From positions 62,001 through 126,000 of the forward strand of contig MCFH01000085.1 of assembly GCA_002104945.1 (NCBI GenBank): DNA of 64,000 bases. The letters run 5' to 3'. Under the pieces are notes generated by a model. It did not search any database and was not told the origin of the DNA. It worked only from the letters and a program-made list of their open reading frames with translations. How positions within the stretch are numbered: position 1 is the stretch's first letter; each line of letters begins with the position of its first letter. Made by a program: the position numbers and the translations under genes. Origin of the DNA: Piromyces finnis finn (lineage: Eukaryota > Fungi > Neocallimastigomycota). Below, piece by piece: positions 42,101 through 61,207 of the stretch.

Positions 42101-44880
42101 TAAATATATTCATATATTATAAAAGGTAAAAAAGTCCAGAGTAATAAAATGAGTATATAAAAGTTTAATAAAAGATAATTTTATTTAATAGTATTTCTAA
42201 TTATCAATCTAATTTTATTTAATAGTATTATTAAATGTATTCCTTTTTTTTTTATGATAAATAAAATAATTTATTTTTTTAGTAAAAAATGAATAAATAA
42301 ATGATTACCAATTTTTTTTTTCATTAAACTTTATTTTTCATTCATTTTTCAATTTTTCCTTATAATATAGGTTAATAAAAAAAAGAAAATATATATTGAA
42401 TAAAGAAAGGTAATGTAAATTATATGGATTTTAAATATTCATATTTTAATGATAAAACACAACTAATGATTGTAACAAAAAAAAAATAATTATAATAAAG
42501 TATTACAATAGTATAAATAAGATTAAAATGCTGTATAAACACATAAACACATAAATAATGTTAATATTTTAAAAAAATGTCTATAAAATTATTATATTTT
42601 TATTATCATTTTCTAAATTTAAAATATTTGTCAATTATTCATTTTTTTTTATGTTTCTTTTAATGTAAAAATAATAGGAAATACACCTCGCATTAACAGT
42701 TCTATTTTATTGCGCAGTTAAGGTTAATTATATAAAATTAATAACAATTTTACTTTTTAAACTTTTTAAAAAATTAATTTATGAATAAATCTTTTTTATT
42801 ATCAATTTCATTTATATTAAAAATGGTCCAAAATAATTCTTGTTGGTAAGCACAAAAATTTATTATAAAATATTAATATAATAATGGAAAAAAAAAAAAA
42901 AAAAAGAATTTTAAACCAAATAGAGGCTTCCTTTTCAAAAAACAACGATATATTATTATTATTATAATCATCATCATCATCATCATCCTGTTTATTTAAC
43001 AAATATAAAATAATATAAAATATAAGTTATAAAATTTAAAAAAGGGGAAATTTATAAAAATAAAAGTTTGTTTTAAAATAGGAGAAAGATACAAAAAATT
43101 AAAAAAGGATTTAATAATTAATGTAATTATTATTGTCTTCATTATCCTTGTTAGCATTGTTGCTAATTCTTTTTAATGAGCCTTTTTTTTTTTTTAATTA
43201 AGTAAAAGTCAAAATTTATTATTTATATTTTATCTAGAAAACTGTCTTTCCCTTTCCTTTCTATTACTATTTATTTCTTAATAATTACCATTAGTAGTTA
43301 AAACCTTTCCCTTCTTTTTTGATCATTTTTATAAAGAATATTTTTTAATAAAAACCATTATTATTATCGTTACTTTTGTCTGCTGTTGTTCTATTCTATT
43401 TTAATTTATTTTTTATTTTTTTGAAGCTTTATATTAATTAGTTTTATTAATGTATATATAAAAAAGAAAAGTTTAGTTATATTATTATCTAATTTCTTTT
43501 ATTTTTTTTTTGTTAATTGTTTTAGGCTATTATTATTATTATTATTTTTTTTTTTTTTTTTTTTTTTGACTTTCTTAATTAATGCAAATGCATGTATAAA
43601 GTACAAATTATGAATGGTATAGAATGTGTTATTTTTTTTTTTTTTTTTGTATTATTTTTTGAGTTTAATATCTCACGGAAAAAGAAAAAAAAGGTTTAAT
43701 TAAAAAGTTTAATTATTTGAAATGAATTAAAAAATATATATAAAATACTTATATATTATATATATATGAAATACAAAACCATTCAGCATATATTTTGTTC
43801 ATTTTAGGTTTTAGTTATCAGCTATTATTATATTATCAAACAACGTCATCATCTTTATTGTTATTATTTTAGATTTTAATTTTTTTTTTTTAAACTTTTT
43901 CATTAAAGATGTATATATATATATATATTTTTTTTTTTATTAATTGAAATACAATAAAATACATAATTGAAGAGTTGTAGTTTTATCTATATTTTTTTCA
44001 TTTTAATAATGTAAAAGGGGACTTTGACTATATAAATAAAAATTTTTTCCCAAAAAAATATTTTTTTTTTTCTTTGCTCAATTTGTTTCTTTTAATATTT
44101 ATAAAAAAATTAATAATAAAAATTCAATTATATAAATAAATTTATCAATGTCACTATCAGTAAAATAATAATAATAATAATTGTAATGAGTAGTCATTAT
44201 AGAGATATATAAAGTTATATAATTAAATTAAAAAAAAATATAATTAATATAATTAATTACCAATATATATTTTTTTTTAATAATTATATAACTTTCAACA
44301 TTATAAACATTAATAATAATATCATTAAATAATATATTTCAATTTTTTTTTTTTTTTAAAGTGGTATATATTAGATATTTTTTATGAATATAAATATAAA
44401 ATTTTAGTAATTTATTTCAAAATCTCAATAAATCAATAATTTTAAACTAGAAGAAATTATTTGTAGTAGAATTTATATATTTTTGTTCTAAATTTTTTAT
44501 ATCATTTTTATTCCAATAAAATAATTTAGTTAAAGATATATTATTATTTTCATTTAGTTTAATGAATAAACATATACATATATAAGACGATCTATTAATT
44601 ATTTTATTATTATTAATATAGTAAGAAACTATTTTTTTCCCTCCTATTATATATATTTTTCTTAACTATCTTTAAAAAATAATTTAAATTATTAATAATA
44701 ATATAAAAGTTATATTATATATTTATAAGTAATAAGCAATCACAAGAAAAAAAAATATATATATATATATTTTCTTTTTCTTCCATTGTGTATTAGTTTA
44801 AGTATAATATTGGTATAATATAACTTTTTATTTTTAAATAATAAATTAGAATTATAGACAAAAAAAAATAAAAATTAATA

Positions 44881-46036
44881 ATGGTTTTCAAGGTATTTTG
44901 TGATATCAATGTCTCTCACATAACAAGTGAAGATTTAAATAAAAATGAAAATATATGTTATGATATCATACCAAAATATGATGATAATAAAGAAAATTGG
45001 GATCCTAATGAATCTAAAAAAAATAGTGCTATCTCTTCTTCATTAACCTCTCCAATACCTTCAAAGAATGAACAAAAAATTAATGAATTAAAGTCTGAAA
45101 ATAGAATAGAAAATATTGAAAATTGTTCAAAGGAAGATAGTGTAAAAAAAGATACTCCAAATGAAGATGTTTCACCAAAACAAGATAGTAAAAATGAAAA
45201 TTTATTAAACAAAGAATCCGCATATACTGAAAATATAAAGAATGAAAAAGTAAAAAATGAAAATCTAAAAGCTTCAACTACCACTGAATTAAAGGAAGAA
45301 AAAGGAAATTCTGAAAATTTAAAAGATAATAGTAAAATAGTTGAAAAGAAGGAAATTCAGCAATCGTACAAAAGACAAAGAGCACCACTTGAAGATATAA
45401 CCTATATGTTTGTAAAAGAAAAACCAAAAATATTGTCAAAACGTATAAAAATAGTAAAAGTAATTATTAATCTCAATAAACTTTAATTGCAATTCAAATT
45501 TTAATATTTTATCTAATCTTTTTTTTTTATTATTAAAAAAAAGAATGAACAAGAAAAATCTTCAATATCTTTAAAGGCTATAAAAACTGAAGAATTATCT
45601 GTAAGTATTATTATCAATCTATTTTAATTGTACCTAAAAATTAATTCCAATCTATAATACATACTGTTATTATTTATACTAAAATATAATTTATTATTAT
45701 TATCCTTTGAAATTGTTAAAATTATAGTCTAAAAAGGAAGATAAAGAATTAAATAAATGTTCTAAAATTTCATCAGAAAACTTAAAAGAAAATAAACAAC
45801 CAATACGTAAAACTCCATTGGGAAATGTTCATAATCGTTCTAACATTAATATTTTTAACAATAACCTTAGTATAAAGAATAATGATGATACAAAAAAAGA
45901 TATACCCAAACCATTTTTTATTGATGTTAAAAAGAGTAAAACATTTAGAAAAACACTTATACCAAAAAAATCTTTAAAAGCAAAACCAAATCCATTTAAT
46001 TCATTTAATAACGTATCTGCTAGGATGCTTCGTTAA
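44881..46036 (+). CDS. Low-complexity ~312-aa protein with clustered APC/C degrons (ABBA, two KEN boxes, D-box, C-terminal LR); 3 exons
   Basis: Exons 44881-45453 (or 45459), 45544-45600, 45728-46036, all phase 0. Motifs FKVFCD, NKENWDP, RAPLEDIT, LKENKQP, TPLGNVHN and terminal RMLR*. Confidence 0.75.
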
Positions 46037-47469
46037 ATTCAATATACCATTTCCAAAAAAAAAAAAAAAAAATACAATTATCAATTCGTATTTTTTTTTT
46101 TTTTCCCCCATGTATAATAGTTTTTTATTTATTTTATTTTATTGATGTTACAACAACGTACGATTTTACAAAAACAAACAAACAAAAAGTATTATTATTG
46201 TATATATATATTGTTACATTATGAGTGTATTATTAATAATGAACTCTACCTTTTAAAATTTATAAATTTTTATATTTATAATATACTTCATTATTAAATA
46301 AAATACATCTTAAATTCATCATATAACAATATATACCATATAATAATTTTTTTTTATTTTTAATAACGTTCTTAAATATATACTATTTAGTATATTTCTA
46401 TTAGTATTATTATTTTTTAAAATTCAAATTGCAAGTAATCTATTATATATACAAAAAAAAAAAAAAAAACATGTTAAATATTTCAACTTCATTTTACATA
46501 ATAACCATATAATATAAATTCTAATTTAAAACGTCAAATAACCTCATCATAAATATTCATAATACTAATTATATAACAATAACTATTATTTATAATTAGT
46601 TATTTATTATAGTAATATTGGTATTTCTCATTTTTAACACAAAATATAAATAAAAAAATAAAATAAAATAAAATTGAAGACATTTAAAATTAAAAAATTG
46701 TGGTGGTGTGTAGTGCACACAAATCTTTAAAATTTTATTCATTTTGCCCATTTCGTTCCAAAATTTTAATTTATTTATTTTTTTTTTTAATCTTGAATTT
46801 TTTTTTTTTTTTTAATTTTTATATTGTTTATAGAGCAAAAGTTGAATTAAAAGTTTTTAATATATTTTTTCTAAAAAAAAAAAAGTGAATTGATTTCTAT
46901 TCTTTTATAAAATAAAGATATTTATGTATGTATGTGTTGCTTTATAATAATAATAATAATAATAATAAAAATAATAATAATAAAAAACAAATATAAAATT
47001 ATATAAATTGATAATTCATTCATCCAATATAGAACTATTATTAATAATATATATAATTTACTTTTAGTAATAATATTATATAATAATCCAGGAAATATAG
47101 TTCAATTTTTTAATAAAAAGATCAAATTGTATTTTATATTCAATACAAAATTTTCATTTTTCATTTTTTTTATAAATATTTTAAGCTATTATCAATCAAA
47201 CTTGAAACAATTAAATTTTCAAATCAAAAATGAAATCTATTAATCTTTAATAATTAAACCATTTTAATATTGTTATGCTTGAATCACAGTCATAATTTTT
47301 TTTTTTTTTTTTTAATCTTTTCTTTAAACATATATATACATTTTCTTTCTATAAGAAAATTCAAAAATAAAAAAATAATACAGTATACACAGTATACATT
47401 TGATAATAACAAAATTAATTTAAACAACGACAATAACAACAAATAAAAGTAAAACTAATATTAAAAAAA

Positions 47470-54039
<6,570 letters not shown>

Positions 54040-54556
54040 TTTAGCAATAACAATTTATAAGATTAAAAATATAATTTAATTATTATAATAATGAATTTTT
54101 ATGTTTTTTTTTTTTTTTTTCTTTCATTTTGTTTTGTTTTGTTTAGTTTCACTTTTTAAAAACATAAATATATATTCTTTATTTTCTTTATCAGTTTTAT
54201 ATATTATATATATTTTTTTTACAATTTATTAAAAATATTTGTATTTATTTTTAATTTTTATTTATTTATTTAATTTATTATAAATATATAATTATTCAGT
54301 ACTGGTACTACACCAAAGTTATAAAATAAATGGAAAGGTTTTTTTTTCATTATTTTATTTATTAATCATTTTACATTATTAAAAAAAAATAATAATAAAT
54401 CATAATAAATATATATAACATTTTATATATATATTGTAATAATTTATTCAAATTACATTTTGTAATTTCATAAAAAAAAAAAATAGAATTTTAATAAACT
54501 ATTATTAATAATAAGATATATGAATTTTATATATATATATACTTGATTGAAAAAAG

Positions 54557-54561
<5 letters not shown>

Positions 54562-54631
<70 letters not shown>
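54562..54631. repeat. (TTA)n microsatellite
   Basis: Read directly. Confidence 0.95.
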
Positions 54632-54635
<4 letters not shown>

Positions 54636-54684
54636 GAGAAAGAAATGACAATGATAAAGAATGAACCCTACCTAAAAAAAGAAA

Positions 54685-55498
54685 AACAATATCAGGTATG
54701 ATAGATAATAGTGAGATATTCATTAAACTCTCTCAATGAGGTCTAAATCTTCTCTAACATTGAATCCTAATTACGAAACATTAGAAAGGTTCCTTTGCTA
54801 TATCGATACGACGTTGGCGTTTTTGATGACGTTAGGTGTCATATTAAATCTAATCAAAAAGTAAACTTTAGCTACTAATGATTAAGGATTGCTTTTGTAA
54901 GAAAAGCCCTAAGTTCCTCTATCTTTGGAACATGAAACCCACGATGAAGTAATTTATTTAAATGTCTTTGTTCCACCTTATCGATCAGTAGCTCATCATA
55001 AGTTAAAGTTTCCACCAAGAAGGAACGTAAAAATAGAATTATAAAATAATCTTGTCTTACTTTTATTTTTTCTTGGAGTAAGTGATGAGTTAATTCATAT
55101 ATTTATTATAGAAAAGGGGCTAAAAAGATCGTTAAGAGAAGAATTTTTATATTTAAAGAATGTAGAACGCATTCTAACATCCTATGATGATAAAAAAAAA
55201 AAAAAGATTGTTCATCATATTTGCAACATGAATAGCATGAATAAACGAATGGACAGTCAGGAGTAAGTCTTTCCAATTTTTATCCTGGTTGTTAAGGCGT
55301 ATCCTTAGTATACATTAGATTTCTAGCCTGTAGTTTTTCTCCATTGGTTTTTGTCATGGGTTGGGTTTATGATATTCAGATATGTATTAATGTACTTTTT
55401 AATTTACTACTATGATAATACCACTCGTCTAACTAGCCTGAGAGGGTCTAAGTATACATGATACATTTCAAATTAGAACTTTATAAATGGTGGTGACT

Positions 55499-55500
<2 letters not shown>
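54685..55500 (-). mobile_element. Decayed Ty3/Gypsy pol/integrase relic hosting the full-length LINE
   Basis: Translated fragments HVPKIEELRAFL, SI*QRN, RPH*ESLMNI, TNGE and NWKDLL resemble integrase motifs. Homologous to the flanks of the truncated LINE. The pieces are not in canonical order, so this may be more than one fragment. Confidence 0.55.
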
Positions 55501-55543
<43 letters not shown>

Positions 55544-55780
55544 GGCATCAAATATTTTAAACTTTATTATTAATTTAATTAAAATTATAATACATGTAAT
55601 AAAAAATTAAAAAATAAAAATAAAAATAAAAAAAATATGTTTAAATAAACACAAATGAATAAAAATTGGGTATAATGTATTCTAGTAATTTTAATTAAAG
55701 TAAGAAAGCCACTATCATACTAAAGTATAATAATTGTATTTGACTTCCAATGGGACACCGAGCCAAAGATCAAAATTTTG

Positions 55781-58700
55781 TCATGGAACAAAATTATGAT
55801 CTCCATTGGTTGCGCTGGCCCTCCTGGCCTGTCTTACTGTTTCTTCAGCATTGACGCTCTTGGATGTTGCTTCAAACCTTTTGAACATTGACCATTGCTG
55901 GCCAATAGCAAAAGGCATGATTTTGGTTAGAAGTTCCGCGGTTACCGTCAAGAATGGTGTTCCTTCGTTAGTACCAGAATGAATCTGACGCTTACAAAGT
56001 TCTTTCCATTCCCTTGAATTGTAATTAATATTGTTAAAACTTCTTCCCCCAAGAAGGAATTTAAATATTTTACTGCACACACTAGAATAATCATACACAT
56101 TAATATTCACCGGATTATTAGAACTATTACTATCATTAACTAAATTACTATCTAAATTAGAATTATTATCTTCACTATTGCTATCATTACTAATATTATT
56201 ATTTCTATTATTGTTATTATTACTATTGTTACTATTACTATTGTTACTATTACTATTGTTATTACTACTATTGTTACTATTACTATTAATGTTATTACTA
56301 TCTCTACTGATATTATCAATTTCATTATTATTGATAGGACTATTGGAATTACGTTGACTGAAAAAATTTAATAGCTGGACTATGGAATCATAATGTTTAA
56401 TACGGATATCTCTAAATGTTGGACAATCTAATAACCAATGTTTAATACTTTGATCTCCACACTTGCAACATGGACAGTAGTTAGGACAAACTGGATCAAC
56501 AAATTTGGCAGCTTTGGCAACTCTAGCATCCAACTTGTATCCGCTTCTTGCTTTCAATAGCCAGTAGAAGCCATAGGCAAACTCTGGGTACTCATAACAT
56601 AATTTAATAAAATCTTTAGTTTCAATAAATTTATTATCATCATAATATTGCGCTTTGATTGAATTCCCTTTGAGATCTTTCCAATAAAAGTTTTTAACTG
56701 CTTTAACATCTCCATGTTTCTTTAATTTTTTATCAAGTGTCCTACTTGATTTGCACCACGTGTATTTTCTAAATTTAGGAATGTAATTGACAAGGTGTGA
56801 GATAATACAATTTGAGTTTTTCCATTTGTTAAAACATCTAACCTGAGCTAACGCACATTTGGCTGACAATGGAGGAATATTCAAATCTTTTGAAATAGAG
56901 TATAAAGATATAAACGATACAGCTTTATGAACTCCGGCAACCCATCGTATTCCTTTGTTAACATGCTTCTGAGCAATCCTAGACCTGGCTTTGTTGGATC
57001 CAAGTAATGGTGCAAAGTATGAAACTCTGCTAATCACTTGTGAGTTAAGTACTAGTTTTTTGAAAGGAATAGGAATATTAGGATTTCTTAAGAATTTACT
57101 GACTGAGAAAAGCCCTTTCAAAACCTTGTTAATAAGAGCTTTAATTACTGGTTTAAGGGACAGATTCTTATCAAATGGAACACCAAGATAAGTATAGCAA
57201 TCAGTAGTTGGAATGGGTTGTCCTGCTAAGTAAAATGTTGGATCTCTCTTGTTCTGATTTTCTATTGATTCAGGACGAATCACCATCGTTGAACATTTCT
57301 GGATACCAAATTCCATTTCATTATACAATGCCCATTCATTAACTCTTCTAAGCATCTTTTTTAAGCATCCTCTTGTTAGAGCACAAATAACTATATCATC
57401 TGCAAAAAGTCCACCACAGCATCGAGTGTCACCTAAACTGACTCCTAGATCTTCGCACTCTCTAAATATATCATTAATAAAGAGATTAAAGAGAATAGGA
57501 GAAAGAGGGCAACCTTGACGGACTCCTTTCTTCACATCAAAAGATTTCGAGAATTGTCCATCTAATTTGACATTAGCCTTAGATGTTAAATATAAATTTT
57601 TGATAAATTGTAGACTCTTACCTCGGATTCCTAAACAATCTAATTTATGGAGAATATTACCGATTGGGACTGAATCGTATGCTTTCCTGAGATCTAAAAA
57701 GGCCAAATATGTCTCTTTATTATCTAATTGACGTCTACGGCATATTTCTTGGATTGAAATGAAAAGACTAATACTTTCTTCCTTTTTTCGAAAACCAAAT
57801 TGTTCAGGTCTAATGAAATTATTCTTTAAACCATATTCTGAGATTCTAGTGGTGACAATTTTGGAAATCAACTTAATACCATTATTGATAAGTGATATAC
57901 CTCGATAGTTATCACAATCTGTCAAATCTCCCTTCTTAGGAATAGAAACAATACTGGATTCATTCCATGAGTTGGGGAAATCTCCATCCCAAATACGGTT
58001 GAATAATTTAAGAATAAAATTTAAACCATGAGCATCATTATATGAAGTAGTATTACCAGAAGAATTATTATCTGTAGCATTATTAGAATCATTACTTGGT
58101 GGAACTAATGCTTTGTAAAATTCAATTGGAATACCATCCGGACCTGATGCTTTATAATTTGGAGTAGTGAGGATAGCTGACTTGACTTCATCAATACTAA
58201 TATCTTGGTTGATATCCCACTCATCAAGCATAGGAAGTGAAAAACGTTTATTCGTTGGTTCTTCATACCAATGCTCCAAATCAAGACTTACACCACTTGG
58301 GTCTGATGCAAGATTTTCGAAATGATCATGCCACACATCTAGTTGTTCTTCCGTAGCAACAACTAATTCTCCATTTTTATTTTTAATTGGTTGAGCAATA
58401 AAGAAAGAATCTTTTCCAATTTTTGCAGTTTTCTTGATCCATTTCCAGGCCTTCTTAGGATTATGACTCTTCATATACTCACATCCTGTTTTAATCCAAT
58501 GAAGATATTCTTGCTTCCTAAATTCATTACATCTTTTGTGGATGTAATCAATGAGTTTACGGTAGATTTTAATTCTTTTAATAAATTCATCTATATCATA
58601 AATTCTTTCTTTTTTAAATCTCTTATACAACTTCATTTTGATTTTTTGAAGATTAAAAATTTGTTGTGAAATATGAAATGAAGACTTTATAACATTATTT

Positions 58701-60316
58701 GCTGAGGTAATACTGAGCTCGTCTGCAATTGAAAAAGCAGTTGAAGTAAACTCTTTGGAAAGTTCATCTGTAGAAACATTAGGATCGTTGAATTTTGCTG
58801 AAAGTATTTGGAATTTATTATGACTGAGAATAGATTCCTTTTCCTCAATACATTTTAATCTATTCCATTTCAGAATTTTCTTAGGAACATTAAAGTCATT
58901 AGAAAAATCTTCCATAGGAATAATTTTACCATTAATAATAAGTGGCTTATGGTCTGATACAGGATAAAAATTATTTATAAATGATCCTGAGTGAACAAGA
59001 TCTTTCATCTTCGAATTGATAAGAGCATGGTCAATGTCGGAAGATTGATCACCTCGAGTCCAAGAGATAGTAGACCCTCTAAGCGGAAGAATTTCCCAAT
59101 CTCCTAATCCATTAGTTGATAACCAGTTGGATAATTTTACTTTAGACATATTAAAATCACCAACAAGAATCGATGGATGGGATGAATGAGTTTGTAACCA
59201 CAAGCGAACTTCTAACTTTGCATGATCAACATAGATGTTGTGATGACTATGAGGCATATAAACATTTCCAATCGAGCATTTGAATCTATTCCAGAGACTA
59301 AAAGTATAAATAGAAATAATATACTTTCCAGAGAAGTTTTCAAGTGAGGCTTGACACGAATTGTGAAAACCTAAATATAAACCTCTCATTCCCGGAACTG
59401 ATTCGTCAGCTTTCTTGAAAAAGTGTCTATAGTTTCGCAAAGTAACACGACAAGGATAATCTGTATTCGAACCAGAACCATTACCAGTTTCTTGGAAACA
59501 TAAGAATAATGGTTTGAAAATAGCTGTGAAATAGCTAATACTATCTCTCTTTTCATGATTCCACCCATTGGTGTTCCAACTAAGACAAAAAGAAAAGTTA
59601 TCAGGCTTGTTGGATGAGGAAGAATCGTTGCTATTATTATTATTATTAAAGTCATCGTTATTAATGGATGATGCATCAGAGGAATAAGTAGAACTATTAC
59701 TAGATGGCTGTGAAACTGAAGAACTATCAACTATTGAACTGTTATCAGAGTTGATAGAGCTATTAGAATTAATTGTTGAATGTTGAGATTGAAATTGTGT
59801 TTGCTGTAGATCTGGAATATTTTCATGATGGGAAACTTGTTGAAGATCCTGTTGAAGATCTTGTTGAAGATCGGATTGTTGATGAGATTGTTGAACTGAT
59901 TGTTGAACTGATTGTTGAAATGATTGTTGAATAGAATGTTGATGTTTATTAGAAACTAAAATTTTACGTTTGAGAGTGGAAAAAGTGTATTTGTGATTCC
60001 TTCTACTACGAGCTGAAAAGGAAATTGAGGTAACTGAAAGTTTCTTCTTTAACATGTGTAAGATTTTAATACAATCTTTTGATGAACCATGAACCTTGAC
60101 TAAGAAAAAGTGATCATTGAAAGTTTGAAAATATTTAACACTAATAACTGAATTAAATTTATCTTCTAGAATAACCTCGAGTTTTTCCCATAGCATATTT
60201 ACTGACCATGATCGAATACCACGGATAAAGAAGGAGCGAATATCATCTAAGGGGATACCATAAGACCGGGTACCACGTCTGATATAATTCTTGTCTTTAA
60301 TATAAAGGACTGACAT
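55781..60316 (-). CDS. LINE polyprotein: RRM-like N-terminus, Q/S/N-rich linker, AP endonuclease, reverse transcriptase, C-terminal CCHC zinc knuckle
   Basis: APE motifs SWNTNG, FQET, LVGDFN, SDIDH, SDHKP. RT motifs KASGPDG, NYRGISL, QFGFR, FLDLRKAYDSV, GVRQGCPLSP, FADD, YLG. Knuckle CCKCGDQSIKHWLLDC. Confidence 0.97.
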   Translation of the reverse strand: MSVLYIKDKNYIRRGTRSYGIPLDDIRSFFIRGIRSWSVNMLWEKLEVILEDKFNSVISVKYFQTFNDHFFLVKVHGSSKDCIKILHMLKKKLSVTSISFSARSRRNHKYTFSTLKRKILVSNKHQHSIQQSFQQSVQQSVQQSHQQSDLQQDLQQDLQQVSHHENIPDLQQTQFQSQHSTINSNSSINSDNSSIVDSSSVSQPSSNSSTYSSDASSINNDDFNNNNNSNDSSSSNKPDNFSFCLSWNTNGWNHEKRDSISYFTAIFKPLFLCFQETGNGSGSNTDYPCRVTLRNYRHFFKKADESVPGMRGLYLGFHNSCQASLENFSGKYIISIYTFSLWNRFKCSIGNVYMPHSHHNIYVDHAKLEVRLWLQTHSSHPSILVGDFNMSKVKLSNWLSTNGLGDWEILPLRGSTISWTRGDQSSDIDHALINSKMKDLVHSGSFINNFYPVSDHKPLIINGKIIPMEDFSNDFNVPKKILKWNRLKCIEEKESILSHNKFQILSAKFNDPNVSTDELSKEFTSTAFSIADELSITSANNVIKSSFHISQQIFNLQKIKMKLYKRFKKERIYDIDEFIKRIKIYRKLIDYIHKRCNEFRKQEYLHWIKTGCEYMKSHNPKKAWKWIKKTAKIGKDSFFIAQPIKNKNGELVVATEEQLDVWHDHFENLASDPSGVSLDLEHWYEEPTNKRFSLPMLDEWDINQDISIDEVKSAILTTPNYKASGPDGIPIEFYKALVPPSNDSNNATDNNSSGNTTSYNDAHGLNFILKLFNRIWDGDFPNSWNESSIVSIPKKGDLTDCDNYRGISLINNGIKLISKIVTTRISEYGLKNNFIRPEQFGFRKKEESISLFISIQEICRRRQLDNKETYLAFLDLRKAYDSVPIGNILHKLDCLGIRGKSLQFIKNLYLTSKANVKLDGQFSKSFDVKKGVRQGCPLSPILFNLFINDIFRECEDLGVSLGDTRCCGGLFADDIVICALTRGCLKKMLRRVNEWALYNEMEFGIQKCSTMVIRPESIENQNKRDPTFYLAGQPIPTTDCYTYLGVPFDKNLSLKPVIKALINKVLKGLFSVSKFLRNPNIPIPFKKLVLNSQVISRVSYFAPLLGSNKARSRIAQKHVNKGIRWVAGVHKAVSFISLYSISKDLNIPPLSAKCALAQVRCFNKWKNSNCIISHLVNYIPKFRKYTWCKSSRTLDKKLKKHGDVKAVKNFYWKDLKGNSIKAQYYDDNKFIETKDFIKLCYEYPEFAYGFYWLLKARSGYKLDARVAKAAKFVDPVCPNYCPCCKCGDQSIKHWLLDCPTFRDIRIKHYDSIVQLLNFFSQRNSNSPINNNEIDNISRDSNNINSNSNNSSNNNSNSNNSNSNNSNNNNNRNNNISNDSNSEDNNSNLDSNLVNDSNSSNNPVNINVYDYSSVCSKIFKFLLGGRSFNNINYNSREWKELCKRQIHSGTNEGTPFLTVTAELLTKIMPFAIGQQWSMFKRFEATSKSVNAEETVRQARRASATNGDHNFVP

Positions 60317-60913
60317 GATAATAAATTCTAATTAAAAATATTGAATATAAAATAAATACTAATAAAAATTATAAATATAACGTATATGGAAAAAAAATCT
60401 GTCTCTCTCTCTCTTCTTAAAAGTACTGGATAGTACAAAAATTGTTACGATGCTTTGTTTAAAGTTTCTTTTTTTTGAATTCTAGTTGTAAATTTTCTTT
60501 AAAAATTCTAGTTTTGGTTTGTTGTTAGTAAATTCGAATCGCTTTTTGACACTAAACTTGTTTGACTTTACTTTTCATTAAATATTTAAATTGGTAAAAA
60601 ATTTGAATCAAGAATGTCGACACCAGAAAGCTTGTGAATAGTATTTTTACATGATGTAGAGTGAATCAGTCTCTTACAAGAAACAATACAACAATAGCTA
60701 CATGAATATAAAAATACAATGCAAATGCTAAAGTTGACTACATTGGATTCTTACAAGAGAAGAGTAGTACTACATGAATACATGAATAAAAGAAAAAATA
60801 CAGCAACAAAATGTATTACTCTTCTAATTAAATACTATACAAACTTACCTGAATATCAAACATTCAACTTATTCATCAAATACTTAATTCGATGAATAAA
60901 ATGTTTTTTAATC

Positions 60914-61207
60914 GCTCAGTACCATGAGCTTAGTCCTAATAATTTTCCCTTAAAGACTAACCAAGCATCCATTGCGCAATGCTTGGATTTAATTCTTTCT
61001 ACTCTCTCAGTACCATGAGCATGAGTAGACTCCCTTGATAAACTACGTTTATTAAATAAATGAAGGCACGTTTCCAAGAGGGCACCAAGCATCCATTGCG
61101 CGATACTTGGATTTAATTCTTTCTACTCTCTCAGTACCATGAGCATGAGTAGACCCCCTTGAGAAACTACATTTATTAAATAAATGAAGGCACGTTCCCA
61201 AGAGGGT
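60914..61207 (-). repeat. Two 124-bp tandem monomers plus a partial third at the LINE 5' end, rich in hairpins
   Basis: 61207-61084 and 61083-60960 align without gaps, with 7 substitutions by my count. Hairpin GCTCATGGTACTGAGC recurs at 60929-60914. Confidence 0.95.

Larger units (their letters stand above)
55501..61207 (-). mobile_element. Full-length, apparently intact non-LTR retrotransposon (LINE), 5707 bp, single ORF
   Basis: 40-nt poly-T at 55501-55540. 13-bp TSD TGGTGGTGACTTA at 55488-55500 and 61208-61220. Uninterrupted 1511-aa ORF; ~890-bp 5' UTR and 240-bp 3' UTR. Confidence 0.97.

Noticed and set aside
42824-43010. Small spliced ORF with Tyr and His runs (MVQNNSCWLPFQK...HHHHHH)
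   Set aside because: Needs a weak alternative acceptor, and the runs are explained by TAT/CAT microsatellites.
60914-61207. Hammerhead, HDV-like or twister ribozyme, or CRISPR array
   Set aside because: CTGAGAGAGTAGAAA does not fit CUGANGA-stem-GAAA, and I could not build the HDV or twister pseudoknots. The repeats are contiguous with no unique spacers and there are no cas genes.
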